Source: an uncultured Prevotella sp.
Lineage (GTDB): Bacteria; Bacteroidota; Bacteroidia; Bacteroidales; Bacteroidaceae
Direction: 5' to 3'
Length of the DNA: 64,000 nucleotides
NCBI GenBank assembly: GCA_946542565.1
Contig: CAMNKR010000001.1
Location: forward strand, 2,721-66,720
Under the pieces are notes generated by a model. The model worked only from the letters and a program-made list of their open reading frames with translations, searched no databases and was not told where the DNA came from. The stretch's first letter is position 1. Every line of letters starts with the position of its first letter. The position numbers were made by a program, and so were the translations under genes. This document shows positions 28,106 through 37,955 of the stretch, in pieces.

Positions 28106-29641
28106 ATGACAGAAGATACAGTAACGATTAACCGTGAATCCATGCTCCCCGTGGGTACGCGGCTGCAGGGCGGCAAGTACCGCATAGACCGCTACCTTTC
28201 GTCGGGAGGCTTCGGCAATACCTACGTGGCCACGAACACCGAGTTCGAGGAGCAGGTAGCCATCAAGGAGTTCTTCATGCGCGGCGTCAGCGAGCGCCAG
28301 GGCGACTCCGTCACCGTCAGCGTGAGCAACAAGGACAACGTCACGCAGTTCTCGGCCCAGAAGGAGAAGTTCCGCAAGGAGGCTCGCCGCCTGCGCAAGC
28401 TGCGCAACCCGCACATCGTGGCCGTCCACGACCTCTTCGAGGAGAACGGCACGGCCTACTACGAGATGGACCTCATCAAGGGCGAGTCGCTCTCGGAACG
28501 GCTGAAGCGTACGGGCCTGCCGCTCGCAGAGCAGGAGGCACTGCACGTTCTCGACCAAGTGCTCGATGCCTTGCAGGTGGTGCACGCCCAGGGCCTTTAC
28601 CACCTCGACCTGAAGCCCGCCAACATCATGGTTGACGGGCAGGGTAGGGCATTGCTCATCGACTTCGGAGCCTCCAAGCAGATGTCGCAAAACGACGGCT
28701 ACAGCGTCAGCACCTCGTCGGCCCTGGCCTTCACGCCCGGCTATGCACCCCTGGAGCAGACCGAGCAGAACCTGAAGGCCTTTGGCCCCTGGACCGACCT
28801 CTACGCCCTTGGTGCTACGCTCTACAAGCTGCTCACCAACCAGACACCCCCGTCGGCCAGCGAAATCCTAATGATGGCCACGCCCTTGCCGTTTCCCACC
28901 CCCGTCAGCGCCAAGACGCAGCAGCTCATCAATTGGCTGATGAAGCCCCGCCTCGACGAACGTCCGCAGAGCGTGGCCGACGTCCGGCATTTCCTGACAG
29001 GTTCTCAGTCGGCAGATGAGTCAACGCAAATCGTTAAGGAAGACTCTGTATCGGAGGAAACGGAACTGATTGAGAAGCCTCAGCCTCAACCCAAGCCTCA
29101 GCCCAAGCCTCAGCCCAAACCGCAGCCGGTCTATGAGCCGCAACCGTCGTCGGGTAGCAGTAAGATGTGGATAGGCATCGGTGTCGGCATTGCTGCCGCC
29201 GTCGTGGCTGCCATTGTGGTGACGCTATTCCTACTGAAAGGCCCGTCGATAGTGAATGCCCCCGCCGACAACATTGAGCAGACGACAGTCAGGCAGGTAA
29301 CCAACCAGTCGTTTACTTCGCCCGTCAAGGACGGCATGGGTACCTACACGTACACCGGATCGGTTGACAGTCAGGAACGCCCGGATGGGACGGGTAAGGC
29401 TGTGTTCTCCAATGGCGACAGCTACGAAGGTCCTTTCAAGCAGGGGGTAATGGAGGGCGTGAATGCTCGCTATATCTTCAAGTCAGGTGACCTCTTTGAA
29501 GGCGAGATGCGTAACGACCAGTTCTTCAACGGCACCTATACTACGGCCGATGGCAGCTACTTTAAAGGAACTTTCTCTAAGGGTCAGCCCGAGCAAGGGA
29601 CGTGGTATGACAAGAGTGGAAAGACAATAACGAATATTTAG
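28106..29641 (+). CDS. Hanks-type Ser/Thr protein kinase with TM segment and MORN-like C-terminal repeats
   Basis: GGFGNTY, VAIKE, HLDLKPANI, DFG, GYAPLE, PQPK linker, TM helix, GDxYEG repeats. Confidence 0.93.
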   Translation: MTEDTVTINRESMLPVGTRLQGGKYRIDRYLSSGGFGNTYVATNTEFEEQVAIKEFFMRGVSERQGDSVTVSVSNKDNVTQFSAQKEKFRKEARRLRKLRNPHIVAVHDLFEENGTAYYEMDLIKGESLSERLKRTGLPLAEQEALHVLDQVLDALQVVHAQGLYHLDLKPANIMVDGQGRALLIDFGASKQMSQNDGYSVSTSSALAFTPGYAPLEQTEQNLKAFGPWTDLYALGATLYKLLTNQTPPSASEILMMATPLPFPTPVSAKTQQLINWLMKPRLDERPQSVADVRHFLTGSQSADESTQIVKEDSVSEETELIEKPQPQPKPQPKPQPKPQPVYEPQPSSGSSKMWIGIGVGIAAAVVAAIVVTLFLLKGPSIVNAPADNIEQTTVRQVTNQSFTSPVKDGMGTYTYTGSVDSQERPDGTGKAVFSNGDSYEGPFKQGVMEGVNARYIFKSGDLFEGEMRNDQFFNGTYTTADGSYFKGTFSKGQPEQGTWYDKSGKTITNI

Positions 29642-29650
29642 TTTGAAAGC

Positions 29651-29884
29651 ATGATGAAGGATAAGGAAATGGATTATAAGATACAGTACATCGTATTATG
29701 TATCAGTGAGTTTGCCCGTCAGAACAAGCTGACAGGAAAACAGGCATTCGCCTATCTTAACCGTTATGAAGGGCTGGCCTTCCTGGATGAATGTTACGAG
29801 GCTGAACATACCCTCTCTTTGCAAGATGCCATAGACGACATGACAGTTATATGTAAACGTAACGGTGGGAGGATTGGCGTATGA
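29651..29884 (+). CDS. Small DUF3791-like protein
   Basis: CISEFA...AFAYLNRYEGLAFLDECYEAEHTLS. ATGA overlap with the next gene. Confidence 0.75.
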   Translation: MMKDKEMDYKIQYIVLCISEFARQNKLTGKQAFAYLNRYEGLAFLDECYEAEHTLSLQDAIDDMTVICKRNGGRIGV

Positions 29885-30357
29885 TATTATATCATGGGAC
29901 AAACGTTGAATTTGACCGAATAGACCTTCGGCAAAGTAAGGCGAATAAGGATTTCGGCCAGGGCTTTTATCTGACGGATATTGAAAGGCAAGCCTTAGAG
30001 ATGGCTCAGAGACGTGTCCGTATTGCAGGGGATGGCTCTCCAACCATACTCAGATATGAGTTCGACGAACGGCTATTGGAAAGTGGGGAGTTGAAGGTGC
30101 TTCGGTTTAATGAACCAAGTCGTGAATGGGCATTGTTTATATTGAACAACAGAATGGCCAGCGATTCTGGATTCAAGCATGATTATGATGTCGTCATAGG
30201 TCCTGTCGCTGACGACGGCGTGGTGTTTCAACTCAACCTTTTCCTTAATCATGCGATTTCTGAAGATCAGTTGGTTGAGCAGCTTACGTACAGAAGACTG
30301 AACACGCAATATTTCTTTGGAACAGAACGGGCAATATCTAAACTTCACAAGCTATGA
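29881..30357 (+). CDS. DUF3990-like protein (ADP-ribosyltransferase-like motifs)
   Basis: LYHGT, KDFGQGFYLT, EWALFILNNR, YDVVIGPVADD, QYFFGT. Confidence 0.82.
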   Translation: MILYHGTNVEFDRIDLRQSKANKDFGQGFYLTDIERQALEMAQRRVRIAGDGSPTILRYEFDERLLESGELKVLRFNEPSREWALFILNNRMASDSGFKHDYDVVIGPVADDGVVFQLNLFLNHAISEDQLVEQLTYRRLNTQYFFGTERAISKLHKL

Positions 30358-30575
30358 CATTCGAAGCACAACAGTTAATAGACAATATTGTAAAGGAAAT
30401 GGCCAAAAGGTTGATGCGTGACAAAAATCTCACGCTGCGCGATGCACTGCAGACAGTGTATTACTCGCAGCTATACGAGAAGTTGACCGATCTTTCAACC
30501 GGACTGTATTATCAGAGCCCACTCTACAATTATGAATACCTTTTGCACGAAATGGAGTATGGCAAGATAGTATAG
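30354..30575 (+). CDS. Small helical protein (DUF3791-related)
   Basis: ALQTVYYSQLYEKL.D.STGLYYQSPLYNYE. ATGA overlap with the previous gene. Confidence 0.72.
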   Translation: MTFEAQQLIDNIVKEMAKRLMRDKNLTLRDALQTVYYSQLYEKLTDLSTGLYYQSPLYNYEYLLHEMEYGKIV

Positions 30576-30840
30576 GTAGTACAATGAACACTCGAGAGAG
30601 TTCCGTGGGTACGAGAACAATCTGACGAAGGTCAGCTACGACATATTGGAGCTGCTGCTGCACCTACGAGCGTTTAAGTGGATGCCACGGGCACGATTTG
30701 TTTCTTTGAAGGCCCCTCGGTCTATAAAGGAAAAAACATGTTCAAAAGCTTGCATTTCCGCCAAAAATGTTGTACCTTTGCAACTAATCCATCTTTGGTC
30801 ATAAAGAAGTAAAAAAACAAAGGGTTTGTAGGTTTTAAGG

Positions 30841-30950
30841 TTTTCAGCGGGCGTTCAAATACTTTTCAGCGGACGCTCAATTCCAGCTTCCCCTCGGGAA
30901 ACTACCCGTTTCCCTGCCGTAAACCACCAGTTTTCTGGGGCTAAACTCCC
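30841..30950 (+). repeat. Degenerate 22-bp periodic array
   Basis: Two similar units at 30841 and 30863, then three GYTT...AAAC units at 30885, 30907 and 30929. Confidence 0.6.
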
Positions 30951-31344
30951 CGTTTGTTATGGGGGGTGTGCCTGTTCTACCGTCACAGTCTTTCAGCGTC
31001 ATCTGTTCGGCCTCTGTTCATCGGCATTTGTCGCTCGGCGGCTGAACAAGGTCCAACGAGCATGAAAAGCCAAGGCGGAGACCTAAAAAACTTTACCGTA
31101 TGTAACATCGGGAGTACACATTGTACACTTTTTTTACACCAAGATTACACCATCATGTTACATGACGTAAAGTTTTTCTGAAGGAAATGGTTGATTATCA
31201 GTATGATAGCTTGCTGAACTTTTACTTAACTTTCGCTTAACTCTTTTTCTTGATTTTCCTTGCCCGTTTCGGAAATAATCTTTATCTTTGCGGCGCGAAC
31301 GTATTGCACCATGAGTGTGTTTAACAACTAAGAGATATAGAATA

Positions 31345-32532
31345 ATGAGAAAGGCATTGATTTTCATGTTGCTGGCTTTTGCCTCGTTAAGCGGCCACGC
31401 ACAGGTGAACCCGAAGGCGGGTTACATCATTACGAACGAGAACGACACGGTGTATGGTACCATAGACTACCGGACCAACATGCGCAACGCTGAAGTGTGC
31501 AACTTCAAGGCCGAGGGGTCTGCTTCATATAAGGAATACCGTCCGGGCGACATCAGCGGCTACAGGCTGTCGGAAAACGGCATATACTACGTTACGCGGA
31601 CCTTCCCAATAGGCGGGGAAGAGAAAACGGTCTTCGCCGAATTCATGATTCAGGGCGGCATCAGCTTGTATCATTATCAGGAATATAGCACAGACTATTA
31701 TTTCCTGGTAGATGCGGACGGGCAGATTGCTCCCATCTGTGAGACGCACAACCTTTACCTGGCAACGGAAGACCGCCGTCAGGCTCAGCAGGAAAAGATG
31801 CTGAGGGCGAGCCAGATGCTCATGCAAAGCCAGAAGGCGCAGCGGCAGCTGTGGGAGATGTCGGAAGTGAAGCCGAAGGAGCTGACACGCCTGACGCGCG
31901 AATACAACATGGAGTACTGTACGGAGGCAGGCGAATGTGTGACTTTTCAGTATGACAGCAAGGTAACCACCAGCATGAATGTGCGTCTTCGTGTAGAGGC
32001 CGGCCTGGGCCTGCTTCGGATGGTGATGACGCCCCACGAGACTGTTGAAGATATGGACCTGACAGGAACGGCCCCCGTCGTAGGTGTAGGGGCGGACATT
32101 CTCTTTCCGCGTTTCAGCAAGAGTTTAGTAGTGCAGGCCATGCTTTACTACAGTCCGAACAAGGCAGACGGCCAGAGCACAGCTTATGGATTAGCGCAGA
32201 GTCGTAAAATGGAGTTCCACGACCTTAGCCTGCAGTTAGGAGGCTTATATCGCTTCATGCCGGAGCGTCGTTTCACGCCGATTGTCCGTGGTGGCCTTTC
32301 GCTGAACTACCTGTTTGGCTATAAGACGGAGAACATGAATGGCTACTATGGTAATTCCGCGAAGTTTATCGGAACGAACACGGTGAGCGCAGGTTTCTAT
32401 GTAGGTGCAGGAGCTGAAGTCGGCGTGGGCACGCATCGCGTAGCCTTGACAGCCAATTACATTTACAGGAATTTCGTACACTTTGATTTCAATGCCCCGC
32501 TGTTTGTCTTCAACCTTGGGTTTGTACTGTAG
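31345..32532 (+). CDS. Hypothetical outer membrane beta-barrel-domain protein
   Basis: Signal peptide, GYIITNENDTVYG N-domain, C-terminal amphipathic strands. Own promoter motif at 31283-31290. Confidence 0.75.
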   Translation: MRKALIFMLLAFASLSGHAQVNPKAGYIITNENDTVYGTIDYRTNMRNAEVCNFKAEGSASYKEYRPGDISGYRLSENGIYYVTRTFPIGGEEKTVFAEFMIQGGISLYHYQEYSTDYYFLVDADGQIAPICETHNLYLATEDRRQAQQEKMLRASQMLMQSQKAQRQLWEMSEVKPKELTRLTREYNMEYCTEAGECVTFQYDSKVTTSMNVRLRVEAGLGLLRMVMTPHETVEDMDLTGTAPVVGVGADILFPRFSKSLVVQAMLYYSPNKADGQSTAYGLAQSRKMEFHDLSLQLGGLYRFMPERRFTPIVRGGLSLNYLFGYKTENMNGYYGNSAKFIGTNTVSAGFYVGAGAEVGVGTHRVALTANYIYRNFVHFDFNAPLFVFNLGFVL

Positions 32533-33277
32533 AGCGAAGCCACTCTTTGCGTTCCGTCTCGGCCATTTTCTCGATGGCATAGCGTAGCGTGGTGCGCGAC
32601 ATCTGGTGGACATGCTGGCGGAGAAAGTCGCGCAGCAGGTCCATCGACACACGCTTTCCCATTTCGCGCAGCATCCAGCCCACGGCCTTGTGCATCAGGT
32701 CGTGCGGGTGGTTCAGGTGTATCTCGGCATAGCGCAGGCACCACGAGGGGTCGCCCTGCTGCGAAGTCTTCCAGGTGCAGACCATGCTCATGCGCTGTTT
32801 CCACAGGCAGGAACTGGCGGCCAGGGAGTCGAGCGTCTTGAGTTTGTCGCCCAGGCGGGTAGGCAGCAGCAGCCAGTGGCCCAGAATCTTCGGGGCAGAG
32901 AGGTCAACGAGGTCCCAGTTGTTGGCTCGTTCGGCATGCTGGAGATACAGGGTCACTACTTCGTCGCGCTTACGGATGGCCTCAGGGTCATGCTCCAGGC
33001 GCTTCGTGGCTTGCCGCTCGAATTGTGCGACCATGATGAGCAGTGCGCAGAGCCGCACCTCGTGCCAGCGTGAGGAGAGTAGCTCCGGTATTTCGCTGAG
33101 CGGCGTGTCCTTTGCGGCTTTGACCACCCGTCGCGTCTCAGGCACCTTGAGACCAAGAAATTCGTCACCCTCGCCGTACTGTCCTGGGGCGGTCTTGAAG
33201 AAGCGCATCAGCACCTGCCGCTGCTCGTCGTTGTGCAACGACTCCATGTAGTCAATGATTTCAGTTGCTGTCGTCAT
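32510..33277 (-). CDS. DNA alkylation repair protein (AlkD-like HEAT-repeat family)
   Basis: FFKT.PGQYGEGD.FLG, NNWDLVD, HKAVGWMLRE, RTTLRYAIEK. Confidence 0.9.
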   Translation of the reverse strand: MTTATEIIDYMESLHNDEQRQVLMRFFKTAPGQYGEGDEFLGLKVPETRRVVKAAKDTPLSEIPELLSSRWHEVRLCALLIMVAQFERQATKRLEHDPEAIRKRDEVVTLYLQHAERANNWDLVDLSAPKILGHWLLLPTRLGDKLKTLDSLAASSCLWKQRMSMVCTWKTSQQGDPSWCLRYAEIHLNHPHDLMHKAVGWMLREMGKRVSMDLLRDFLRQHVHQMSRTTLRYAIEKMAETERKEWLRSTVQTQG

Positions 33278-33384
33278 GTCACATTCCTTTAATGGCGCAA
33301 AGTTACACATTTTCCCCGAGTATTCAAAAGTTTCGGCGTTTTCTTTGCCATTTCAGGAAAAATGCTTAATTTTGTCGGCGAAAA

Positions 33385-34461
33385 ATGGAAAGCGGAAAGA
33401 AACGACTGTTAGGAATGACGCCTGCACAGCTGAAGGACGTTGTGCAGGAGTTGGGCATGCCAGCCTTTACAGCGAAACAAATAGCCCAGTGGCTGTACGT
33501 GAAGCACGTCAGGAGGCTGGACGAGATGACCAATCTCTCGAAGCAGAACCGCCAGCGGCTGGCTGAGCAGTACGAGGTGGGGGCCGTGGCTCCTGCGGAG
33601 TGGCAGCAGTCAAAGGACGGGACGGTGAAGTACCTGTTTCCGGTGAGTTGCTGTGGTACAGCAACATACGGGACGGGAGGAGCGGACGGGAGAGGACGCT
33701 TTGTGGAGACGGTGTTCATACCCGACGGCGAGCGGGCCACGCTGTGCGTGAGCTGCCAGGTGGGCTGCAAGATGAACTGCCTGTTCTGCCAGACCGGCAA
33801 GCAGGGGTGGGAGGGTGACCTCTCTGTGGCCGACATACTGAACCAGATATACTCCGTGCCTGAGGCCGAAAGGCTGACGAACGTGGTCTTCATGGGGCAG
33901 GGTGAGCCGATGGACAATTTGGACAACGTCTTGCGGGCTACCGAGGTGCTCACGGCCGACTGGGGCTACGCCTGGAGCCCGAAGCGCATAACGGTGAGCT
34001 CGGTGGGCGTACCCAGAAAGCTAAAGCGCTTTCTGGACGAGAGCCAGTGCCACGTAGCCATATCGATGCACTCGCCCATTCACGAACAGCGGCTACAGCT
34101 CATGCCGGCCGAGAAGCTGCAGAGCATCAAGGACACGGTAGAGCTGCTCCGGCAGTACGACTTCACGCACCAGCGGCGCTGCTCATTTGAGTACATCTGC
34201 TTTGGCGGACTGAACGACCAGCCCCTGCACGGACGCGAGATAGTGAAGCTGCTTGAGGGGCTGGAGTGCAGGGTGAACCTGATACGTTTCCACCAGATAC
34301 CCGGTGTAGGCTTGCCGCCATCAGACGAGAAACGCATGGAGGCGCTGCGCGACTACCTGACCCACCACGGCGTGTTTACCACCATACGTGCCAGCAGGGG
34401 GCAAGACATCTTTGCCGCCTGTGGCCTCTTGAGCACGGCCAAACGCCAGGAGCAGCCATGA
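33385..34461 (+). CDS. rlmN: 23S rRNA m2A2503 methyltransferase (radical SAM)
   Basis: CQVGCKMNCLFC, VFMGQGEP, DIFAACGLL. Confidence 0.95.
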   Translation: MESGKKRLLGMTPAQLKDVVQELGMPAFTAKQIAQWLYVKHVRRLDEMTNLSKQNRQRLAEQYEVGAVAPAEWQQSKDGTVKYLFPVSCCGTATYGTGGADGRGRFVETVFIPDGERATLCVSCQVGCKMNCLFCQTGKQGWEGDLSVADILNQIYSVPEAERLTNVVFMGQGEPMDNLDNVLRATEVLTADWGYAWSPKRITVSSVGVPRKLKRFLDESQCHVAISMHSPIHEQRLQLMPAEKLQSIKDTVELLRQYDFTHQRRCSFEYICFGGLNDQPLHGREIVKLLEGLECRVNLIRFHQIPGVGLPPSDEKRMEALRDYLTHHGVFTTIRASRGQDIFAACGLLSTAKRQEQP

Positions 34462-35009
34462 GGTCAGGGTGGGGCGTGCTGCTTGGGCTGCTGCTCGGTG
34501 CTTGTACCGACGGCGCTCAGAGCCAGCTGGCGACCGCTGCCGACGACTGGCTGCAGGGCGTCAGCATGGAGCAGCCGGCCGACATGCAGGTGGCAAAGCG
34601 CGAGGAGGGGTTCCTCTGGCTGTCGAACGGTGACGCCCGGCGTCAGCGAAACATCTGCATCTATAGCTATAAGGGCTCGCAGCTTGACCCCAAGGAAATG
34701 GTGGCGAAGCGCGACAGCGTGATGCAGCGCCACTTGAAGGGTGCCACCGACAGCATGTACGTCATGACGGTACGCCAGACGGTCAGCTACAGCGTGCTGA
34801 CCATAGGCGGGCGCAGAAAGCTGAAGCTGAGCGGCTTGTGGCAGATGGAGGGCGACGCCATGGGCGGCCCGTTTGTGAGCTATGCCGTGGCCGACACGGT
34901 GCGTGGCCGCATTGTGGTGGCCGAAGGGTTGCTCTATGCGCCCGGCAAGCGTAAAGACCTGCTGTTGAAGCGGCTGGAGGCGATAACAAGAACAATCAAT
35001 ACAAATTAA
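34458..35009 (+). CDS. DUF4837-like lipoprotein, apparently shortened
   Basis: Lipobox LGAC; FLWLSN, RDSVM, GLWQMEGDAMGGPFVS, YAPG. Sits between rlmN and pdxA. Confidence 0.7.
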   Translation: MRSGWGVLLGLLLGACTDGAQSQLATAADDWLQGVSMEQPADMQVAKREEGFLWLSNGDARRQRNICIYSYKGSQLDPKEMVAKRDSVMQRHLKGATDSMYVMTVRQTVSYSVLTIGGRRKLKLSGLWQMEGDAMGGPFVSYAVADTVRGRIVVAEGLLYAPGKRKDLLLKRLEAITRTINTN

Positions 35010-35020
35010 TATATACGAAG

Positions 35021-36124
35021 ATGGAAGAAAGAAAAATTCGCGTGGCCATCACGCATGGAGATACGAACGGCATCGGTTACGAGGTGATACTGAAAACTTT
35101 TGCCAACCCCACGATGCTGGAGTTGTGCACACCTATTATATATGGTTCGCCCAAGGTGGCAGCCTATCATCGCAAGGCGCTGGACCTGCCTACCAACTTC
35201 AGCATCATAGAGCAGGCACAGGACGCCCAGGACGGGCGGTTGAACCTGCTGGCCACCTTCGAGGACGAGGTGAAGGTGGAGATGGGGCAACCCTCAAAGG
35301 AGGCCGGCGAGGCAGCCCTGAAGGCACTTGACCGAGCCATGACCGACTTCCGCGCAGGTCTGTACGACGTGCTGGTGACGGCCCCCATCAATAAGAACAC
35401 CATACAGAGTGACCTGTTCCACTTTCATGGACACACGGAGTACATCGAGCAGAGCGTAGGTGACGGCCAGAAGGCCCTGATGATTCTGATGAACGACACG
35501 CTGCGCGTGGCCCTGGTGACCACCCACCTGCCCATTAAGGACGTGGCGGCCGCCATTACGAAAGAGGCCATCATGGAGAAGGCCCGCATTTTCCACCAGT
35601 CGCTGAAGCGCGACCTGCGCATCAGCAACCCCCGCATAGCCGTGCTGGCGCTGAACCCGCATGCCGGTGACGGCGGCGTGCTGGGCACAGAGGAGCAAAC
35701 CGTCATTCAGCCTGCCATCGAGGAACTTGCAAAGGAGGGTGTACAGGCCTTCGGACCCTACGCAGCTGACGGCTTCTTCGGCAGTGGCGCTTACAGCCGT
35801 TTTGACGGCGTGCTGGCCATGTATCACGACCAGGGCTTGGCACCGTTTAAGACGCTGGCCTTGGAGAACGGCGTGAACTTCACCGCCGGACTGCCCATTG
35901 TGCGCACGTCGCCTGACCACGGCACGGCGTTCGACATAGCCGGCAAGGGCGTGGCTGACGAGCAGTCGTTCCGTCAGGCCATCTATGCCGCCATTGACAT
36001 CTGGCGCAACCGTCAGCAGTATGACGAGCCATTGGCCAACCCGCTGCCCAAACTCTACCACGAGAAGCGTGAAGACGGCGAGAAAGCGCGCTTCACCGTC
36101 AAGAAAGAGCAGCCGAAATCTTAA
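35021..36124 (+). CDS. pdxA: 4-hydroxythreonine-4-phosphate dehydrogenase
   Basis: TAPINK, GHTEY, LNPHAGD, AMYHDQG, RTSPDHGTAFDIAG. Confidence 0.95.
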   Translation: MEERKIRVAITHGDTNGIGYEVILKTFANPTMLELCTPIIYGSPKVAAYHRKALDLPTNFSIIEQAQDAQDGRLNLLATFEDEVKVEMGQPSKEAGEAALKALDRAMTDFRAGLYDVLVTAPINKNTIQSDLFHFHGHTEYIEQSVGDGQKALMILMNDTLRVALVTTHLPIKDVAAAITKEAIMEKARIFHQSLKRDLRISNPRIAVLALNPHAGDGGVLGTEEQTVIQPAIEELAKEGVQAFGPYAADGFFGSGAYSRFDGVLAMYHDQGLAPFKTLALENGVNFTAGLPIVRTSPDHGTAFDIAGKGVADEQSFRQAIYAAIDIWRNRQQYDEPLANPLPKLYHEKREDGEKARFTVKKEQPKS

Positions 36125-36178
36125 AAACTGTGCATTTCTGCCATTTTGTCAGATTTTCTTCGTACCTTTGCGGGCTAA

Positions 36179-37420
36179 ATGAATAATTCAGAACTTCAAA
36201 GCGTAAAACAACGGTACAGCATCGTGGGCAATTGCGAAGCCCTGAACCGTGCGATAGATGTTGCCCTGCAGGTGGCACCTACCGACCTCTCGGTGCTCAT
36301 AGTAGGCGAGAGCGGCGTGGGTAAGGAGATTATTCCACGCATTATTCACGACAAGTCGCCCCGCCGCCGTGAGAAGTACTTCGCCATCAACTGTGGCTCC
36401 ATTCCCGAGGGCACCATCGACAGCGAGCTGTTCGGCCACGTCAAGGGCTCCTTCACCGGGGCCATCAACGACTCGCCGGGCTACTTCGGCGTGGCCCACA
36501 AGGGAACGCTGTTTCTCGACGAGGTAGGCGAATTGCCCATGGCAACGCAGGCACGCCTGCTGCGCGTGCTGGAGACGGGCGAGTACATTCCCGTGGGAGC
36601 CACCGAGGTCAGGAAGACCGACGTGCGCATCGTGGCGGCCACCAACGTCAACATACAGCAGGCCATCAGCGAGGGACGCTTCCGTGAGGACCTGTACTAC
36701 CGCCTGAACCAGGTGCCTGTACAGATGCCGCCGCTGCGCGACCGTGGCGAGGACATCGTCCTGCTGTTCAGGCTCTTTGCCATGCAGATGGCCGAGAAGT
36801 ACCGCATGGACAAGGTGGTCTTGACCGACGAGGCCAAGCAGCTGCTCATGCGCTACAAGTGGCCGGGCAACGTGCGCCAGCTGAAGAACATAACGGAGCA
36901 AATATCCATACTCAGCACCGAGCGCACCATTACGCCCGACGTGCTGCTGCGCTTCATACCGCAAGACCAGGAGAGCACCCAGCTGGCCACCATCAGGCGC
37001 GAGGGCGAGCACTCGTTTGAAAGTGAGCGCGAAATACTGTACAAGATACTCTTCGAACTGCGTGGCAACGTCAACGACCTGCGGCGCGACATGGGACTGC
37101 TGAAGAAGCGCCTCGAGGACATGCAGGACAAGCCGCTCACCGTACAGGGTGAGACTTCGCTGCCCGTGCCGTCGGCAAATGGCAGCGTGGCCCAGCAGCC
37201 CATATACATACAACAACCGGAAGAGACCATGGCCGAGGCGGAGTACGTGGAGCTGGAGCGCGAACAGGAGAACCTGAACCTCAGCGACATCAGCCGCCAG
37301 ATGCTGGAAAAAGCCTTGGAGCGCAACGGCGGCAACCGCAAGAAGGCCGCCAAAGAACTGGGCATCAGCGACCGGACACTTTACAGAAGACTCAAGCAAT
37401 ATGGCATGGACGATAAATAG
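36179..37420 (+). CDS. Sigma-54 interaction domain / Fis-family transcriptional regulator
   Basis: GESGVGKE, SELFGHVKGSFTGA, FLDEVGE, WPGNVRQL, C-terminal HTH. Confidence 0.92.
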   Translation: MNNSELQSVKQRYSIVGNCEALNRAIDVALQVAPTDLSVLIVGESGVGKEIIPRIIHDKSPRRREKYFAINCGSIPEGTIDSELFGHVKGSFTGAINDSPGYFGVAHKGTLFLDEVGELPMATQARLLRVLETGEYIPVGATEVRKTDVRIVAATNVNIQQAISEGRFREDLYYRLNQVPVQMPPLRDRGEDIVLLFRLFAMQMAEKYRMDKVVLTDEAKQLLMRYKWPGNVRQLKNITEQISILSTERTITPDVLLRFIPQDQESTQLATIRREGEHSFESEREILYKILFELRGNVNDLRRDMGLLKKRLEDMQDKPLTVQGETSLPVPSANGSVAQQPIYIQQPEETMAEAEYVELEREQENLNLSDISRQMLEKALERNGGNRKKAAKELGISDRTLYRRLKQYGMDDK

Positions 37421-37922
37421 GAAGACACCGTGGCTGGCCTTGGTGGGCCTGCTGCTACTGACAGCCTGCTCCGTGAGCTACAAGTTCAACGGAGCCAGCA
37501 TTGACTACACGCAGGTGAAGACCATCCAGATAGAGAACTTCCCCATACGCTCAGCCTACGTGTGGGGACCTATGGGACCCATGTTCAACGATAAGCTGAA
37601 GGACAAATTCCTGAACCACACCAGGCTGACCGAGGTGCGGCGTAACGGCGACTGGAAGCTGGAAGGCGAGATTACCCGCTACGACCAGCGCAACAAGTCG
37701 GTATCGAGCGAGGGCTACTCGGCACAGACCGAGCTCTCCATCACCGTCAACGTGCGCTTCACCAACAACAAGAACCACAAGGAGGACTTTGAGCGCCAGT
37801 TCTCGGCCAACTCGTTCTACGAAACCACTCAGTCCTTGAGTCAGGTTCAGGAGGAGAAGGTCAACGAGATGCTGGACGCCATCTGCGACGAGATATTCAA
37901 CGCTACGGCAGCTAACTGGTAA
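37401..37922 (+). CDS. lptE: LptE-family lipoprotein
   Basis: Lipobox LTAC, SYKFNGASIDY, C-terminal IFNATAANW, conserved context. Confidence 0.78.
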   Translation: MAWTINRKTPWLALVGLLLLTACSVSYKFNGASIDYTQVKTIQIENFPIRSAYVWGPMGPMFNDKLKDKFLNHTRLTEVRRNGDWKLEGEITRYDQRNKSVSSEGYSAQTELSITVNVRFTNNKNHKEDFERQFSANSFYETTQSLSQVQEEKVNEMLDAICDEIFNATAANW

Positions 37923-37955
37923 CCAGTGAAGAGAGAGAGGGAGGAAGCAGAAGCT

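Noticed and set aside
29075-29130. 12-bp repeat in the kinase gene
   Set aside because: It encodes an ordinary PQPK linker with a codon-multiple period.
30579-30720. Possible coding fragment (YNEHSREFRGYENNLTKVSYDILELLL) after the DUF cassette
   Set aside because: No start codon and no family I can recognise.
36179-37420. GSFTGA instead of GAFTGA and no receiver domain in the sigma-54-type regulator
   Set aside because: A common variant in a conserved housekeeping cluster.
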